A stretch of 64,000 bases of DNA, from the NCBI GenBank assembly GCA_050015255.1, contig JBEKBT010000002.1:13545-77544 (forward strand). The letters run 5' to 3'. The position numbers and the translations under genes were made by a program. This document shows, one piece after another, positions 36,470 to 45,881 of the stretch. The notes under the pieces are model-generated. The model had not been told where the DNA came from. It worked only from the letters and a program-made list of their open reading frames with translations, and did not search any database. Source of the DNA: Acidimicrobiales bacterium. Its GTDB lineage: Bacteria > Actinomycetota > Acidimicrobiia > Acidimicrobiales > Bog-793. Numbering within the stretch: the stretch's first letter is position 1; each line of letters opens with the position of its first letter.

Positions 36470-36593
36470 GCGTTGGTCGCTCCGGGACGCAGAGGTGTGA
36501 CACACCCAACCAGTAGCTTGCGGTCCGGTAGCTATCGAGCGCGCGATTCACCGGGCGCTCCGCAGACAACAGTCCCTTGTCGGGAGCCAGCTC

Positions 36594-38159
36594 GTGATCG
36601 CCTCCATCCCATCTGCGACTTTGCTCGGTGTCCGGGGTCGCCCCGTGCTCGTCGAGGTGCATGTCTCCAACGGCCTGCCCGGATTCACAGTCGTCGGGCT
36701 GCCCGATGCCGCGTGCCGGGAGGCACGGGACCGGGTCCGGGCGGCCCTGCTCTCGAGCGGCCTCCCCTGGCCGCTGCGGCGCGTCACAGTCAATTTGGCA
36801 CCCTCGGGTGTCCGCAAGACAGGCGCCGGGCTCGATCTTCCGATCGCCGTCGGCCTGCTCGTCGCGACCGGCGAGCTCGATTCGGCGGCAGTTTGCGGTT
36901 GCGCCTTCGTCGGAGAGCTCGGACTCGACGGCACGATCCGTGCCGTACCGGGGGTTCTACCGCTCGTTGACGCCCTCAGCTCCCCGGCGGTCGTCCTGCC
37001 GCCCGCGTGTATTCCCGAGGCCTTGCTCGTGGGGGGGCAGATCGTGCGCACGGCACGGTCGCTCCGTGAGCTCGTCGACGCCCTGTCGGGACGGATCGCC
37101 TGGCCGGACTTGGCACTGGCGACGCCGGTCCATCACCAGCGAGTCCCAGCGCCGAGCGGGACCACGGCCGCCGGCGGGTATCACGCTCGTGAGCCTCTCG
37201 ACCTCGCCGATGTGCGGGGCCAGCCGGTGGGACGTCTCGCCGTCGAGGTCGCCGCGGCCGGCGGCCACCACCTGCTCCTGTCGGGGCGGCCAGGTTCGGG
37301 AAAGACCATGCTGGCCGAGAGGTTGCCGAGCGTTCTCCCTCCCCTGGACGAGGCGCAGCTCCTCGAGACCTGTCGGATCCACTCGGCCGCGGCCCTGCCG
37401 TTGCCGCCTGCGGGCGAGCGCCGTCCCCCTTTTCGGGCTCCTCATCACGGGATCTCCGCGCCCGCCCTCATCGGCGGCGGTTCGTCGTGGATGCGCCCGG
37501 GCGAGGTCAGCTTGGCCACCAACGGCGTGCTGTTTTTGGACGAGCTCGGTGAGTTCCCTGCCGCGTTGCTCGACCTGCTTCGCCAACCGCTCGAGGAGGG
37601 AGTGATCCGGGTCGCTCGTGCCAGGGCGACTGTCAGCTTTCCGGCCCGGTTTCTCCTGGTCGGGGCGATGAACCCCTGCCCGTGCGGCGAACGGCAAGGT
37701 GTCGGCAGCTGCGTGTGCTCGGCCGCGCAGCTCGCCCGTTACTCGAGGAGGCTGTCGGGGCCGCTGTTGGACCGGTTCGATCTGCACGTTGCGGTCGGCC
37801 GGCCGGCCGTCCGTGACCTCCTTGACGCGACACCGGGCGAGTCGAGCAGCGTTGTCGCCCAGCGGGTCGAGCGGGTGCGAAGGCTCGCTCGCCGGCGAGG
37901 TGTGACTGCCAACGCTGAGTTGCCAACGGCGAGCTTGGACCAGCACGCGCCGCTCACAAAGGGGGCCCGCCTCCTGCTCGAACGTCAGTTGTGCTCGGGC
38001 GCGCTCTCGGCCCGTGGCCTAGATCGCGTCCGGCGGGTTGCCCTGACCCTCGCCGACCTCGAAGTTTCACAGACGACCGTCGACGAAGGCCACGTCGCGA
38101 TGGCGCTCGAGCTCCGCGCAGGGCGAACCGCTCTGTTGGGTGGCTCGAGAGAACCATGA
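36594..38159 (+). CDS. comM: YifB/ComM family Mg-chelatase-like ATPase
   Basis: 521 aa. (M)IASIPSATLLGVRGRPVLVEVHVSNGLPGFTVVGLPDAACREARDRVRAAL, Walker A GRPGSGKTMLA, LFLDELGEF, and a Cys cluster NPCPCG. Confidence 0.9.
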   Translation: MIASIPSATLLGVRGRPVLVEVHVSNGLPGFTVVGLPDAACREARDRVRAALLSSGLPWPLRRVTVNLAPSGVRKTGAGLDLPIAVGLLVATGELDSAAVCGCAFVGELGLDGTIRAVPGVLPLVDALSSPAVVLPPACIPEALLVGGQIVRTARSLRELVDALSGRIAWPDLALATPVHHQRVPAPSGTTAAGGYHAREPLDLADVRGQPVGRLAVEVAAAGGHHLLLSGRPGSGKTMLAERLPSVLPPLDEAQLLETCRIHSAAALPLPPAGERRPPFRAPHHGISAPALIGGGSSWMRPGEVSLATNGVLFLDELGEFPAALLDLLRQPLEEGVIRVARARATVSFPARFLLVGAMNPCPCGERQGVGSCVCSAAQLARYSRRLSGPLLDRFDLHVAVGRPAVRDLLDATPGESSSVVAQRVERVRRLARRRGVTANAELPTASLDQHAPLTKGARLLLERQLCSGALSARGLDRVRRVALTLADLEVSQTTVDEGHVAMALELRAGRTALLGGSREP

Positions 38160-39385
38160 GCAGTTCGGGCGACCCCACGAACCAAAGAGCCGCTCTGCCG
38201 GATCTGGCCTATGCGGCGACGCTCGCCGGGCTCGTGTCGATGACGCCCCAGCGCTTGCAGCGCTTGCTGCGTGGCCGACCGGCAGAGCAGGTATTCACCG
38301 ACTTGCGCACTCGGGCCCGTCTCGCTTCGCGCCTGATGCGTGCCGAGTCGATCCCAGGACATCGCGCTCTGCGCACCGCCCAGATCCTGGATGCTTGGCG
38401 AAAAGCCGCGATCGAGGCCAACCCCGCTCTCGTGTGGGAGCAGCTCTCGCTCTCGGGCACGACCGTGTGGCGGCGGGGGTCGCCCGGGTATCCGGCGCGC
38501 CTCGCCGAGGATCGTGCCGCGCCGGAGGTCCTCTTCGCTCGCGGATCGATCGCTCAGCTCGACGGGCCCTGTGTGGCGCTCGTGGGCACGAGGTCAGCGA
38601 CTTACTACGGCTCCAGTGTCGCCGCCGAGCTCGGAGCGAACCTCTCCGATGCGGGCGTCGTTGTCCTCTCCGGCCTGGCGGCCGGGATCGACGCGGCGGC
38701 TCACGAGGGGGCACTCGCTCCCGAAAGCCCGACGCCACCGGTCGCCGTCGTAGGTGGGGGAGTGGACGTCGTCTATCCCGCCAGCAGCGGCCGCCTCTGG
38801 GCTCGGTTGGAGGCGGCGGGCGGCATCCTCTCAGAAGCGCCACCCGGGGCGGCGCCGGAAAGGTGGCGCTTCCCCCTCCGCAACCGGCTCATCGCCGCCC
38901 TCGCCCACGTCGTCGTCGTGGTCGAGTCCCACAAGGCAGGCGGCGCGCTACACACAGTGGCAGCGGCGGACGAACGGGGCGTGACTGTGCTCGCTGTCCC
39001 GGGATCGGTGAGGAGCCCCGCCTCGGAAGGCACGAACTCCCTCATTGCAGACGGCTGCGGCATGGCACGCGATGCCGCCGACGTGCTCGCGGCCCTCGAG
39101 CTCGCCTGTGCCGGGGACAGCCGTCGCCTGGGTCCTGGTGTCGTCGCCGCCACCCGAGCGAGCGCGCCCCGCGACACGCTCCCGCCCGTCAGTGCCCGTC
39201 TTTCAGCCACCGAGCACTCGGTTCTGGAGGCGCTCGAGGACGTCGCGGTCTCCTTCGAGCTCGTGTGCGAGCGCTCCGGTCTGGAGCTCGCGACGACGGC
39301 CGTGGCACTCGAGCACCTGGCCGCGCTCGGCCTCGCCGTGAGATCCGGGTCCGGTTGGGAGCGGCGAGATGGCAGACGGGGCTAG
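38156..39385 (+). CDS. dprA: DNA-processing protein DprA
   Basis: In frame within track ORF 37991..39385. ATG 38156 overlaps the comM stop (ATGA). VALVGTRSATYYG, VLSGLAAGIDAAAHEGAL, FPLRNRLIAALA, VVVVESHKAGGALHT. Confidence 0.9.
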   Translation: MSSSGDPTNQRAALPDLAYAATLAGLVSMTPQRLQRLLRGRPAEQVFTDLRTRARLASRLMRAESIPGHRALRTAQILDAWRKAAIEANPALVWEQLSLSGTTVWRRGSPGYPARLAEDRAAPEVLFARGSIAQLDGPCVALVGTRSATYYGSSVAAELGANLSDAGVVVLSGLAAGIDAAAHEGALAPESPTPPVAVVGGGVDVVYPASSGRLWARLEAAGGILSEAPPGAAPERWRFPLRNRLIAALAHVVVVVESHKAGGALHTVAAADERGVTVLAVPGSVRSPASEGTNSLIADGCGMARDAADVLAALELACAGDSRRLGPGVVAATRASAPRDTLPPVSARLSATEHSVLEALEDVAVSFELVCERSGLELATTAVALEHLAALGLAVRSGSGWERRDGRRG

Positions 39386-39431
39386 GGGAACGCTCGCCTG
39401 CTCACCGTTGCGGATGATCAGGCAGCTTGCT

Positions 39432-40544
39432 TCAGCCGGACACGAGCGTCATCGGGTCGACCCAGTCGAGGTCGAGGGCGGACGCGACGGCAGCGTTCGT
39501 GCAGCTTCCGCGCATGGTGTTGAGCCCGCCACGCAGCACCGGATCAGCCGCCATTGCCGCCTCCACGCCGCGCTCGACGAGCTCGACAAGGTAGGGGAAC
39601 GTGGCGTTGGTGAGCGCGTATGTCGAGGTATGAGGCACAGCGGCCGGCATGTTCCCGACTGCGTAATGGAGCACGCCGTGCATGAAGTAGGTCGGGTCCT
39701 CGTGAGTTGTCTCGTGCGTCGTCTCGACGCATCCGCCCTGGTCGACGGCTACGTCGACTATCACTGCCCCGGGTCTCATGGCCGCGACCATCTCCTCGGT
39801 TATGACGACCGGCGCCCTTCCCCCCGCCACGAGGACAGCACCGATGACGAGATCGGCTTCGGATATGGCCCGCTCTATCGACCCACGGTTCGACGCCAAG
39901 GTCATGATCCGGCCCTGGTGGATCTGGTCGACCCAGCGCAGGCGGGCGATGTCCCGGTCCAGCAGCAGGACTTCGGCCTCCATGCCCTGGGCTATCCACG
40001 CCGCGCTCCAGCCCACGTTGCCGGCACCGATCACCACGACGCGAGCCGGCCTCACGCCCGGGACGCCGCCGAGCAGGATGCCTCGCGTCCCGTGTGAGGC
40101 CTCGAGGAAGTGGGCCCCGACCTGGGTCGCTATCCGTCCCGCGACTTCGCTCATCGGCGCCAGGAGGGGAAGTTCGCCTGAGGGGAGTTGAACGGTCTCG
40201 TATGCGACCCCGGTCGTCTCGGACTGGAGCAGCGCCTTGGCTACACCTGGGTAGGCGGCGAGGTGGAGATATGTGAAGAGCACGAGGCCGGGCCTCAGGT
40301 ACGAGAGCTCCGACTCCTGTGGCTCTTTCACCTTGCACACGAGGTCAGCTGACCACGCAGTCGGCGCGTCGACCAGAGTTGCTCCTGCTGCTGTGAACTC
40401 AGCATCGCTCAGCGACGACCCGGTGCCGGCCCCCGTCTCGACGAGGACCCGGTGTCCGTGCGCTGTCAGCTCACGGACTCCGTCGGGGGTGATGGCAACC
40501 CGGCACTCCGCGACCTTGACCTCCGCGGGCACCCCGACGATCAT
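39432..40544 (-). CDS. ald: alanine dehydrogenase
   Basis: 370 aa. MIVGVPAEVKVAECRVAITPDGVRELTAHGHRVLVETGAG and the NAD site VVVIGAGNVGWSAA. Confidence 0.95.
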   Translation of the reverse strand: MIVGVPAEVKVAECRVAITPDGVRELTAHGHRVLVETGAGTGSSLSDAEFTAAGATLVDAPTAWSADLVCKVKEPQESELSYLRPGLVLFTYLHLAAYPGVAKALLQSETTGVAYETVQLPSGELPLLAPMSEVAGRIATQVGAHFLEASHGTRGILLGGVPGVRPARVVVIGAGNVGWSAAWIAQGMEAEVLLLDRDIARLRWVDQIHQGRIMTLASNRGSIERAISEADLVIGAVLVAGGRAPVVITEEMVAAMRPGAVIVDVAVDQGGCVETTHETTHEDPTYFMHGVLHYAVGNMPAAVPHTSTYALTNATFPYLVELVERGVEAAMAADPVLRGGLNTMRGSCTNAAVASALDLDWVDPMTLVSG

Positions 40545-40839
40545 GGCTGCGTCTCGAGGTGCTCATGCCGCGCGGCTTTGGCTGTTTCAGTCATCATGGC
40601 TGCCACCTTCTGGTTCCCCAACCGCTCGATTGTCGTGCACGCGCCAGCAACGCTAATGGCTGTCGCCCAGGTTCGCGAAAAGCTGGCCGGTGCGCCCTAT
40701 CGGCGACAGATCCGTCGCTCGTGGCGGGGCGCGACGACCGGTCCGCGCGGGCGCCGCGCGTTTGAGGGACCGATCCCGTGTCATCCTGGGTGTCGTGCCA
40801 CTGAACCCGCTCCAGGGCTGACCGACGGCCGAGAGCCCT

Positions 40840-42285
40840 GTGTACCATCGCGGCGTGCCGCTGATCGGAGGTGTCGCGGCGCTCGTTGGTAGGCGGGTCG
40901 CGATGTTCGGGGCAGGCATGGAAGGCCAGTGCTTCGCCCGGCAGTTCGGTCCGAGCTGCTCCGAGCTCGTCGTCCTCGACGACCTTGCCGGTGATCCTGC
41001 CGCTGCGGGCGGCCCACGCCGACCTGTCGAAGCCGAGCTGGGCGGCCTCGATGTGCACTCGCCCTCGCTCCTAGAAGAGCGCCGTTTCGATTTCGTCATT
41101 CACTCGCCCGGGGTATCGCGCTACGACGAGCGTCTTGTGGGCGCGGCCCGGCTGGGTGCCGTGGTGACGACCCCGACCGCCCTCTTCATGGAGGACTTCT
41201 CGGACCGGCGGGTCGTGGCGGTGACCGGGTCCAAGGGAAAGACGACGACCGCGATGCTCACGGCGGCCGCTATTCGTGCCTGTGGGCTGGACGTCGCGCT
41301 TGCTGGCAACATCGGACGTCCTTTGACGGAGCTGTACGACGATGCCGCCCATGACGTGTTCGTGGTCGAGCTCTCGAGCTACCAGACGGCCGAGCTCACG
41401 ACCTCGCCCACCGTCGGCGTCCTCACCTTGCTCGCACCCGACCATCTCGAGTGGCACCGGAGCCTCGAGAATTACTACGAGGACAAGTTGCGCCTGTTCT
41501 CGCATCGCAACGGGATCCCCGTCGTCGTCAACGGATGCTGCGAAGAGGCGGTCGCCCGGAGCTCGCAACTGGCCGGCAGAGTCCTCTATGGCGAGGGCGG
41601 CCCGGTGCGCCTCGAAGAGGCCAAGGTCGTCGCCTCCGATCTCGGGCCCCTTGACCTCGAGGGATTTCAGCTGCTGGGGGAGCACAACCTGCTCAACGCC
41701 TGCGGTGCGGTCACGGCCGGTCTCCTGCTCACCGGCGAGTTGCCCGACAAGAAGCGGCTGGAGTACGAGCTGTCGGCAGTCACGGCACCGAGATCGAGGT
41801 TGGAGCCGATCGGGGTCGTCGACGGCGTCAGCTACATCGACGACGCGCTCGCCAGCAATCCCGAGGGGACGCTTGCCGCGCTCAAGGTCTTTGCCGGAAG
41901 ACAGGTGGCGCTGATCGTCGGCGGTCACGACCGAGGCGTCGACTACACGCCGCTCGCCCGAGCGATCCAGTCAAGCTCGCCGCAACCGTTTGTCTTTTGG
42001 ATCGGAGAAGCCGGAGCGGCCATCGCCACCGCCCTCGGGCGCATCTCCAGCACCGCCCAACGGCGGCCCGCACCTTCGCTCGAGGCGGCCGTCGCCCTCG
42101 CCGCCTCCTGTCCGGAGATCACAGCGGTGCTTTTCTCGCCGGCGGCGCCGACCCCGCATGACGAGGGGACCTACCTCGACCGCAGCCGGCGTTTCAGGCA
42201 CGTCGTCGGGCTCGAGCACGCTCTTGGGGCCGAGCGCGCCGTCAAGGCCGAGCATGGCGAACGGGGACGTCGTGACGGCGCCTGA
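40840..42285 (+). CDS. Mur ligase family protein, MurD-like (candidate MurD2)
   Basis: 481 aa. N-terminal Rossmann segment RRVAMFGAGMEGQCFA, HSPGV, the ATP site VAVTGSKGKTTTAMLTA, ELSSYQ, LAPDHLEWH. Located outside any dcw-type context and overlapping the next gene. Confidence 0.8.
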   Translation: MYHRGVPLIGGVAALVGRRVAMFGAGMEGQCFARQFGPSCSELVVLDDLAGDPAAAGGPRRPVEAELGGLDVHSPSLLEERRFDFVIHSPGVSRYDERLVGAARLGAVVTTPTALFMEDFSDRRVVAVTGSKGKTTTAMLTAAAIRACGLDVALAGNIGRPLTELYDDAAHDVFVVELSSYQTAELTTSPTVGVLTLLAPDHLEWHRSLENYYEDKLRLFSHRNGIPVVVNGCCEEAVARSSQLAGRVLYGEGGPVRLEEAKVVASDLGPLDLEGFQLLGEHNLLNACGAVTAGLLLTGELPDKKRLEYELSAVTAPRSRLEPIGVVDGVSYIDDALASNPEGTLAALKVFAGRQVALIVGGHDRGVDYTPLARAIQSSSPQPFVFWIGEAGAAIATALGRISSTAQRRPAPSLEAAVALAASCPEITAVLFSPAAPTPHDEGTYLDRSRRFRHVVGLEHALGAERAVKAEHGERGRRDGA

Positions 42286-43696
42286 GCTGGAGAACGTCGA
42301 GACGTTCAGGATCGTCAGCTTCGACTTCGACCCTGCGAAGAACACGGCCCGCTTCGACTACGCCTTCGACGACACCCACAGCTTTCGCGAGACCGTCGAG
42401 CTAGGTGGGCCGCCGCTCGGGTCGCGTTCGGGGAACGGCATCGAGCGCGCGCTGCGGCTCGTGCATCTTGCCGCCGGTGTCAGCTACTACAAGGCGGCGG
42501 CCCCGGAGAGGATCCTCGTCGAGACGGGGCCGCTCAGCCGGGCTGAGGCAGGGCTCGTCCACGACCTGTACGACAAGGGCCTGCGCGAGTTCGCGGTGGC
42601 CAACCAGCTGCAGGTGCCGGTTGATTTCGAGTTGAAAGTTGAGCAAGAGCGCGGACATCCGCCCGGCGGGGTGGCTGCCGGCGTGCCCACAGGGACTGGG
42701 GACGCCGCAGAGCAGGTTCGCGATGCCCCGCGACCTGGGATCGCGGTACCCATCGGCGGGGGGAAGGACTCGATCGTGCTGGTGGAAGCCCTGAAGGCCG
42801 CGGGCCCGCCGGAGGATGTCCCGACCTGGCTGGTGGCGATCAACAAGCGTCCCGCCATGGAGCGCATCGCTGATGTCGCAGGGTTGCCGTTCGCCTCCAT
42901 CACGCGAACCATCTCGCCCCGGTTGCTGGAGCTCAACTCGGCCGGGGCGCTGAACGGTCACGTGCCGATAACCGCCATCGTGTCGCTCATCGCCGTGGCG
43001 GCGGGGTACGTCTATGGCTATGACACGACGCTCATGGCGCTCGAGCGCTCGGCCGACGAGGCCACCGCGCTCATCGACGACGTTGCCGTCAACCACCAAT
43101 GGAGCAAGAGCACAGAGTGCGAGCTCGGGTTGCGCTCTGTCATCCGAGAATCGGTCTCCAGCTCGATCGAGTACGGCTCCGGGCTGCGCTCGTGCGGCGA
43201 GCTCGAGATCGCGAGGTGGTTCGCGGACCTGCCCGCCTACCACGCCGGTTTTCTCAGCTGCAATCAGGCTTACCGACCCGGCGCTCGTTTTGACGCTTGG
43301 TGCGGGCAGTGCCCGAAGTGCCGGTTCGTGTTCTTGGTGCTGGCGCCGTTTCTCGAGCCCGATCGCTTGGAGGCCATCTTCGGCCGCAACCTCTTGGACG
43401 ACCCCGAGCAAGTCGAGGGCTTCTGGGACCTGTGTGCCGCCGGGCGCAAGCCCTACGAGTGTGTCGGCGAGCAGCGCGAGTCGTTCCTCGCCTTCTTGCT
43501 CCTGCTCGAGCGCCCGAGTTGGCACGACCGCGCCGTCGTGGTGGCGCTCCGGCCCGAGCTCGAAGCCCGTCGTGGCCTCGTCTCCACCGATCTCGAGGGC
43601 GGTGTCCCGGTGATCGAGAGCGCATCGGCCACTCGCGAGCGCGTCGTGAGGCTGGTCACTCAGGCGCTCACCCGAGATCGCAGGCCAACCCGATGA
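42254..43696 (+). CDS. PP-loop (adenine-nucleotide alpha-hydrolase-like) protein, candidate MurL-type epimerase
   Basis: In frame within track ORF 41990..43696. ATG 42254 overlaps the MurD-like 3' end by 32 nt. GIAVPIGGGKDSIVLVEAL matches the SGGxDS PP-loop. C-terminal Cys motif WCGQCPKCRF. The functional assignment is inferential. Confidence 0.6.
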   Translation: MANGDVVTAPELENVETFRIVSFDFDPAKNTARFDYAFDDTHSFRETVELGGPPLGSRSGNGIERALRLVHLAAGVSYYKAAAPERILVETGPLSRAEAGLVHDLYDKGLREFAVANQLQVPVDFELKVEQERGHPPGGVAAGVPTGTGDAAEQVRDAPRPGIAVPIGGGKDSIVLVEALKAAGPPEDVPTWLVAINKRPAMERIADVAGLPFASITRTISPRLLELNSAGALNGHVPITAIVSLIAVAAGYVYGYDTTLMALERSADEATALIDDVAVNHQWSKSTECELGLRSVIRESVSSSIEYGSGLRSCGELEIARWFADLPAYHAGFLSCNQAYRPGARFDAWCGQCPKCRFVFLVLAPFLEPDRLEAIFGRNLLDDPEQVEGFWDLCAAGRKPYECVGEQRESFLAFLLLLERPSWHDRAVVVALRPELEARRGLVSTDLEGGVPVIESASATRERVVRLVTQALTRDRRPTR

Positions 43697-43762
43697 ACTG
43701 CGTGCCCGGCCCCGTCAGCGTGCGGACCGCCCAGGCACCCGACCGATCGCCTGTGGCCGGGT

Positions 43763-43776
43763 TGACCAGCTGGTCA
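43763..43776. promoter_or_regulatory. perfect 14-bp palindrome TGACCAGCTGGTCA upstream of dxs (candidate operator)
   Basis: Read directly from the sequence. It lies 45 nt upstream of the dxs ATG (43821). The regulatory role is a guess. Confidence 0.3.
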
Positions 43777-43820
43777 GACTCGCGCTGCGCCCGTCCGATA
43801 GCCTGAGATTCGATGCTCAG

Positions 43821-45881
43821 ATGATCCTCGAATCCATCAATTCACCCTCCGATCTCAAGGCCCTATCGCTTGCTGAGTGCGACCAGCTCGCGGGAGAGAT
43901 CCGCGACTTCATAGTGGAGACCGTCTCACGCACCGGTGGCCACCTCGGCTCCAACCTCGGTGTCGTCGAACTCACGCTCGCCCTGCACCGCGTCTTCAAC
44001 TCCCCTGATGACATCTTCCTGTTCGATACCGGGCACCAGGCTTACATTCACAAGCTCGTGACCGGCCGCCGTGACGCGTTCACCCAGCTCAAGCAGCAAG
44101 GTGGGCTTTCCGGGTACCCGTCGAGGGCCGAATCGCTTCATGACTGGGTCGAGAACTCCCATGCTTCCGCGGGGCTCAGCTACGCCCACGGCATCGCCAC
44201 GGCCCTTCGCCTCGAGGGCAGGACCGATCCCGAAGCCGGTGGTCGTTTCGTGGTCGCGGTGGTCGGCGACGGCGCTCTTACGGGCGGGATGGCATATGAG
44301 GCGCTCAACAACCTCGGCCATTCGGGCGCCCGGGTGCTCATCGTGCTGAACGACAACGGCAGGAGCTACGCACCGACGGTCTCGAAACTGTCGGTCTCGC
44401 TCACCCAACTGCGGCTCGACCCGCGCTATCTCCAGGTCCGTGAACGAGTCCGTCACTTGGTCGAGGACCTGCCGGGCGGCGTGTCCTCCCTCGCCTTCAC
44501 ATCGTTCCATGGGCTCAGCGCGGCCGTGCGCGAGGTCGTCGAGCCGCGCATGTTCTTCGAGGCGCTCGGCATCCGTTACACGGGACCCATCGACGGGCAC
44601 GACATCGGCGGGCTCGAGCAGTCCCTTCGCCGGGCCGCGAGCTGGAACGGCCCGATCGTGCTTCATGTCGTGACGACCAAGGGGAAGGGCTACGCCCCGG
44701 CAGAGGCCGACGACATCGCCTGCCTCCACGACATGAAGGCTTCGACCTCGCCGGTACCGGCGAGCCGCCCCGGCGGGCGCGGGCCGGCACGCCCCGGGTC
44801 TCTGGTGAGCGCTTCGACCGACGACGGCGGATTGCCAGGGCCACTTGGTGCCGGGGAGAGCTACTCGGAGGTCTTTTCCGCGGCGCTCGTGGATCTGGCG
44901 GCCAAGGACGAGCGCATCGTGGCGATCACGGCCGCCATGCCCGGCCCGACAGGGCTGCTGGCGTTCCAGGACCACTACCCTGAGCGTTTCGTAGACGTCG
45001 GGATCGCCGAGCAGCACGCCCTCACGGCGGCGGCGGGGATGGCGATGAGCGGCTTGCGCCCCGTCGTGGCGATCTATTCGACGTTCCTCGCCAGAGCGGT
45101 GGACCAGTGGAACCTCGACGTCGGCCTTCACAACCTGCCGGTCGTGATCTGTGCCGGCCGGGCTGGGGTCACCGGGGATGACGGGCCGAGCCACCACGGT
45201 ATCTACGATCTCGTGCAAGCGCTCCAGATACCGGGCTGCGCGATCTTCTGCCCCGCTGAGACCGCGGAGATAGCCCCGATGCTTGCCGAAGCCTTGAAGC
45301 TCCCCGGGCCATCGTTGATCCGGTACCCGAAGACTCCCTCGCCGGGTCCGCTCGCCAAGCCGGGGACCGGTCTCAAGGCGCGCCGGTTGAGAACCGGGAC
45401 CGGAGAGGTCGTCCTCGTTGGCATCGGCAAGATGACCCGCGCGGTGCTGGTCGCGGCGGCGGAGCTCTTCAGCGACGGCATCGAGACCGACGTCTTCGAC
45501 GCCCGGGTCATCCGCCCTGCCGACCCCGAGCTGCTGGAGGCGATCGCGCGCTCGAGGCTGGTGGTGACCGCCGAGGACGGGCTGGCACATGGTGGCGCCG
45601 GCTCGTACCTGCTGCGCGAGGCCGACCGGCTGGCCGACGCCGGTGGGCTTCCCGGTCCCCGTCAGATGGTGCTCGGCGTCCCGACCGAATACTTTCAGCA
45701 CGCCAAGCCCGACGCGATCCTTTCCCGGCTCGGGCTGGACGGCGCCGGCATCGCGGACGCTACGCGAAGAGCGCTTGCGAGGCGCCGCCGGATCGAACGG
45801 GCGCAACAGGCCGAGCAACTGGATCGCCCCGAACAGCAAGGCCTTGCCGGGCAACGGCACCCGCCCGGTCAGAACCGCTGA
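43821..45881 (+). CDS. dxs: 1-deoxy-D-xylulose-5-phosphate synthase
   Basis: 686 aa. MILESINSPSDLKALS, TGGHLGSNLGVVELTLALHRVF, FDTGHQAYIHKLVTGR, GDGALTGGMAYEALN, IAEQHA. Has a Pro/Gly/Ser-rich linker insertion and a basic C-terminal tail. Confidence 0.95.
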   Translation: MILESINSPSDLKALSLAECDQLAGEIRDFIVETVSRTGGHLGSNLGVVELTLALHRVFNSPDDIFLFDTGHQAYIHKLVTGRRDAFTQLKQQGGLSGYPSRAESLHDWVENSHASAGLSYAHGIATALRLEGRTDPEAGGRFVVAVVGDGALTGGMAYEALNNLGHSGARVLIVLNDNGRSYAPTVSKLSVSLTQLRLDPRYLQVRERVRHLVEDLPGGVSSLAFTSFHGLSAAVREVVEPRMFFEALGIRYTGPIDGHDIGGLEQSLRRAASWNGPIVLHVVTTKGKGYAPAEADDIACLHDMKASTSPVPASRPGGRGPARPGSLVSASTDDGGLPGPLGAGESYSEVFSAALVDLAAKDERIVAITAAMPGPTGLLAFQDHYPERFVDVGIAEQHALTAAAGMAMSGLRPVVAIYSTFLARAVDQWNLDVGLHNLPVVICAGRAGVTGDDGPSHHGIYDLVQALQIPGCAIFCPAETAEIAPMLAEALKLPGPSLIRYPKTPSPGPLAKPGTGLKARRLRTGTGEVVLVGIGKMTRAVLVAAAELFSDGIETDVFDARVIRPADPELLEAIARSRLVVTAEDGLAHGGAGSYLLREADRLADAGGLPGPRQMVLGVPTEYFQHAKPDAILSRLGLDGAGIADATRRALARRRRIERAQQAEQLDRPEQQGLAGQRHPPGQNR

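Noticed and set aside
40545-40839. 295-nt divergent region between ald and the MurD-like gene as a possible RNA gene or small ORF
   Set aside because: Only weak, non-repeated hairpins and short spurious ORFs (for example 40559..40765) were seen. It is most simply two divergent promoters; ald is commonly under Lrp/AldR-type control. There is no specific evidence for more.
45869-45881. 13-nt convergent overlap of dxs and the SRAP gene as a special feature
   Set aside because: The overlap is short and involves only low-complexity C-terminal tails of both proteins. This is ordinary for a high-GC genome, unlike the 145-nt case reported in the findings.
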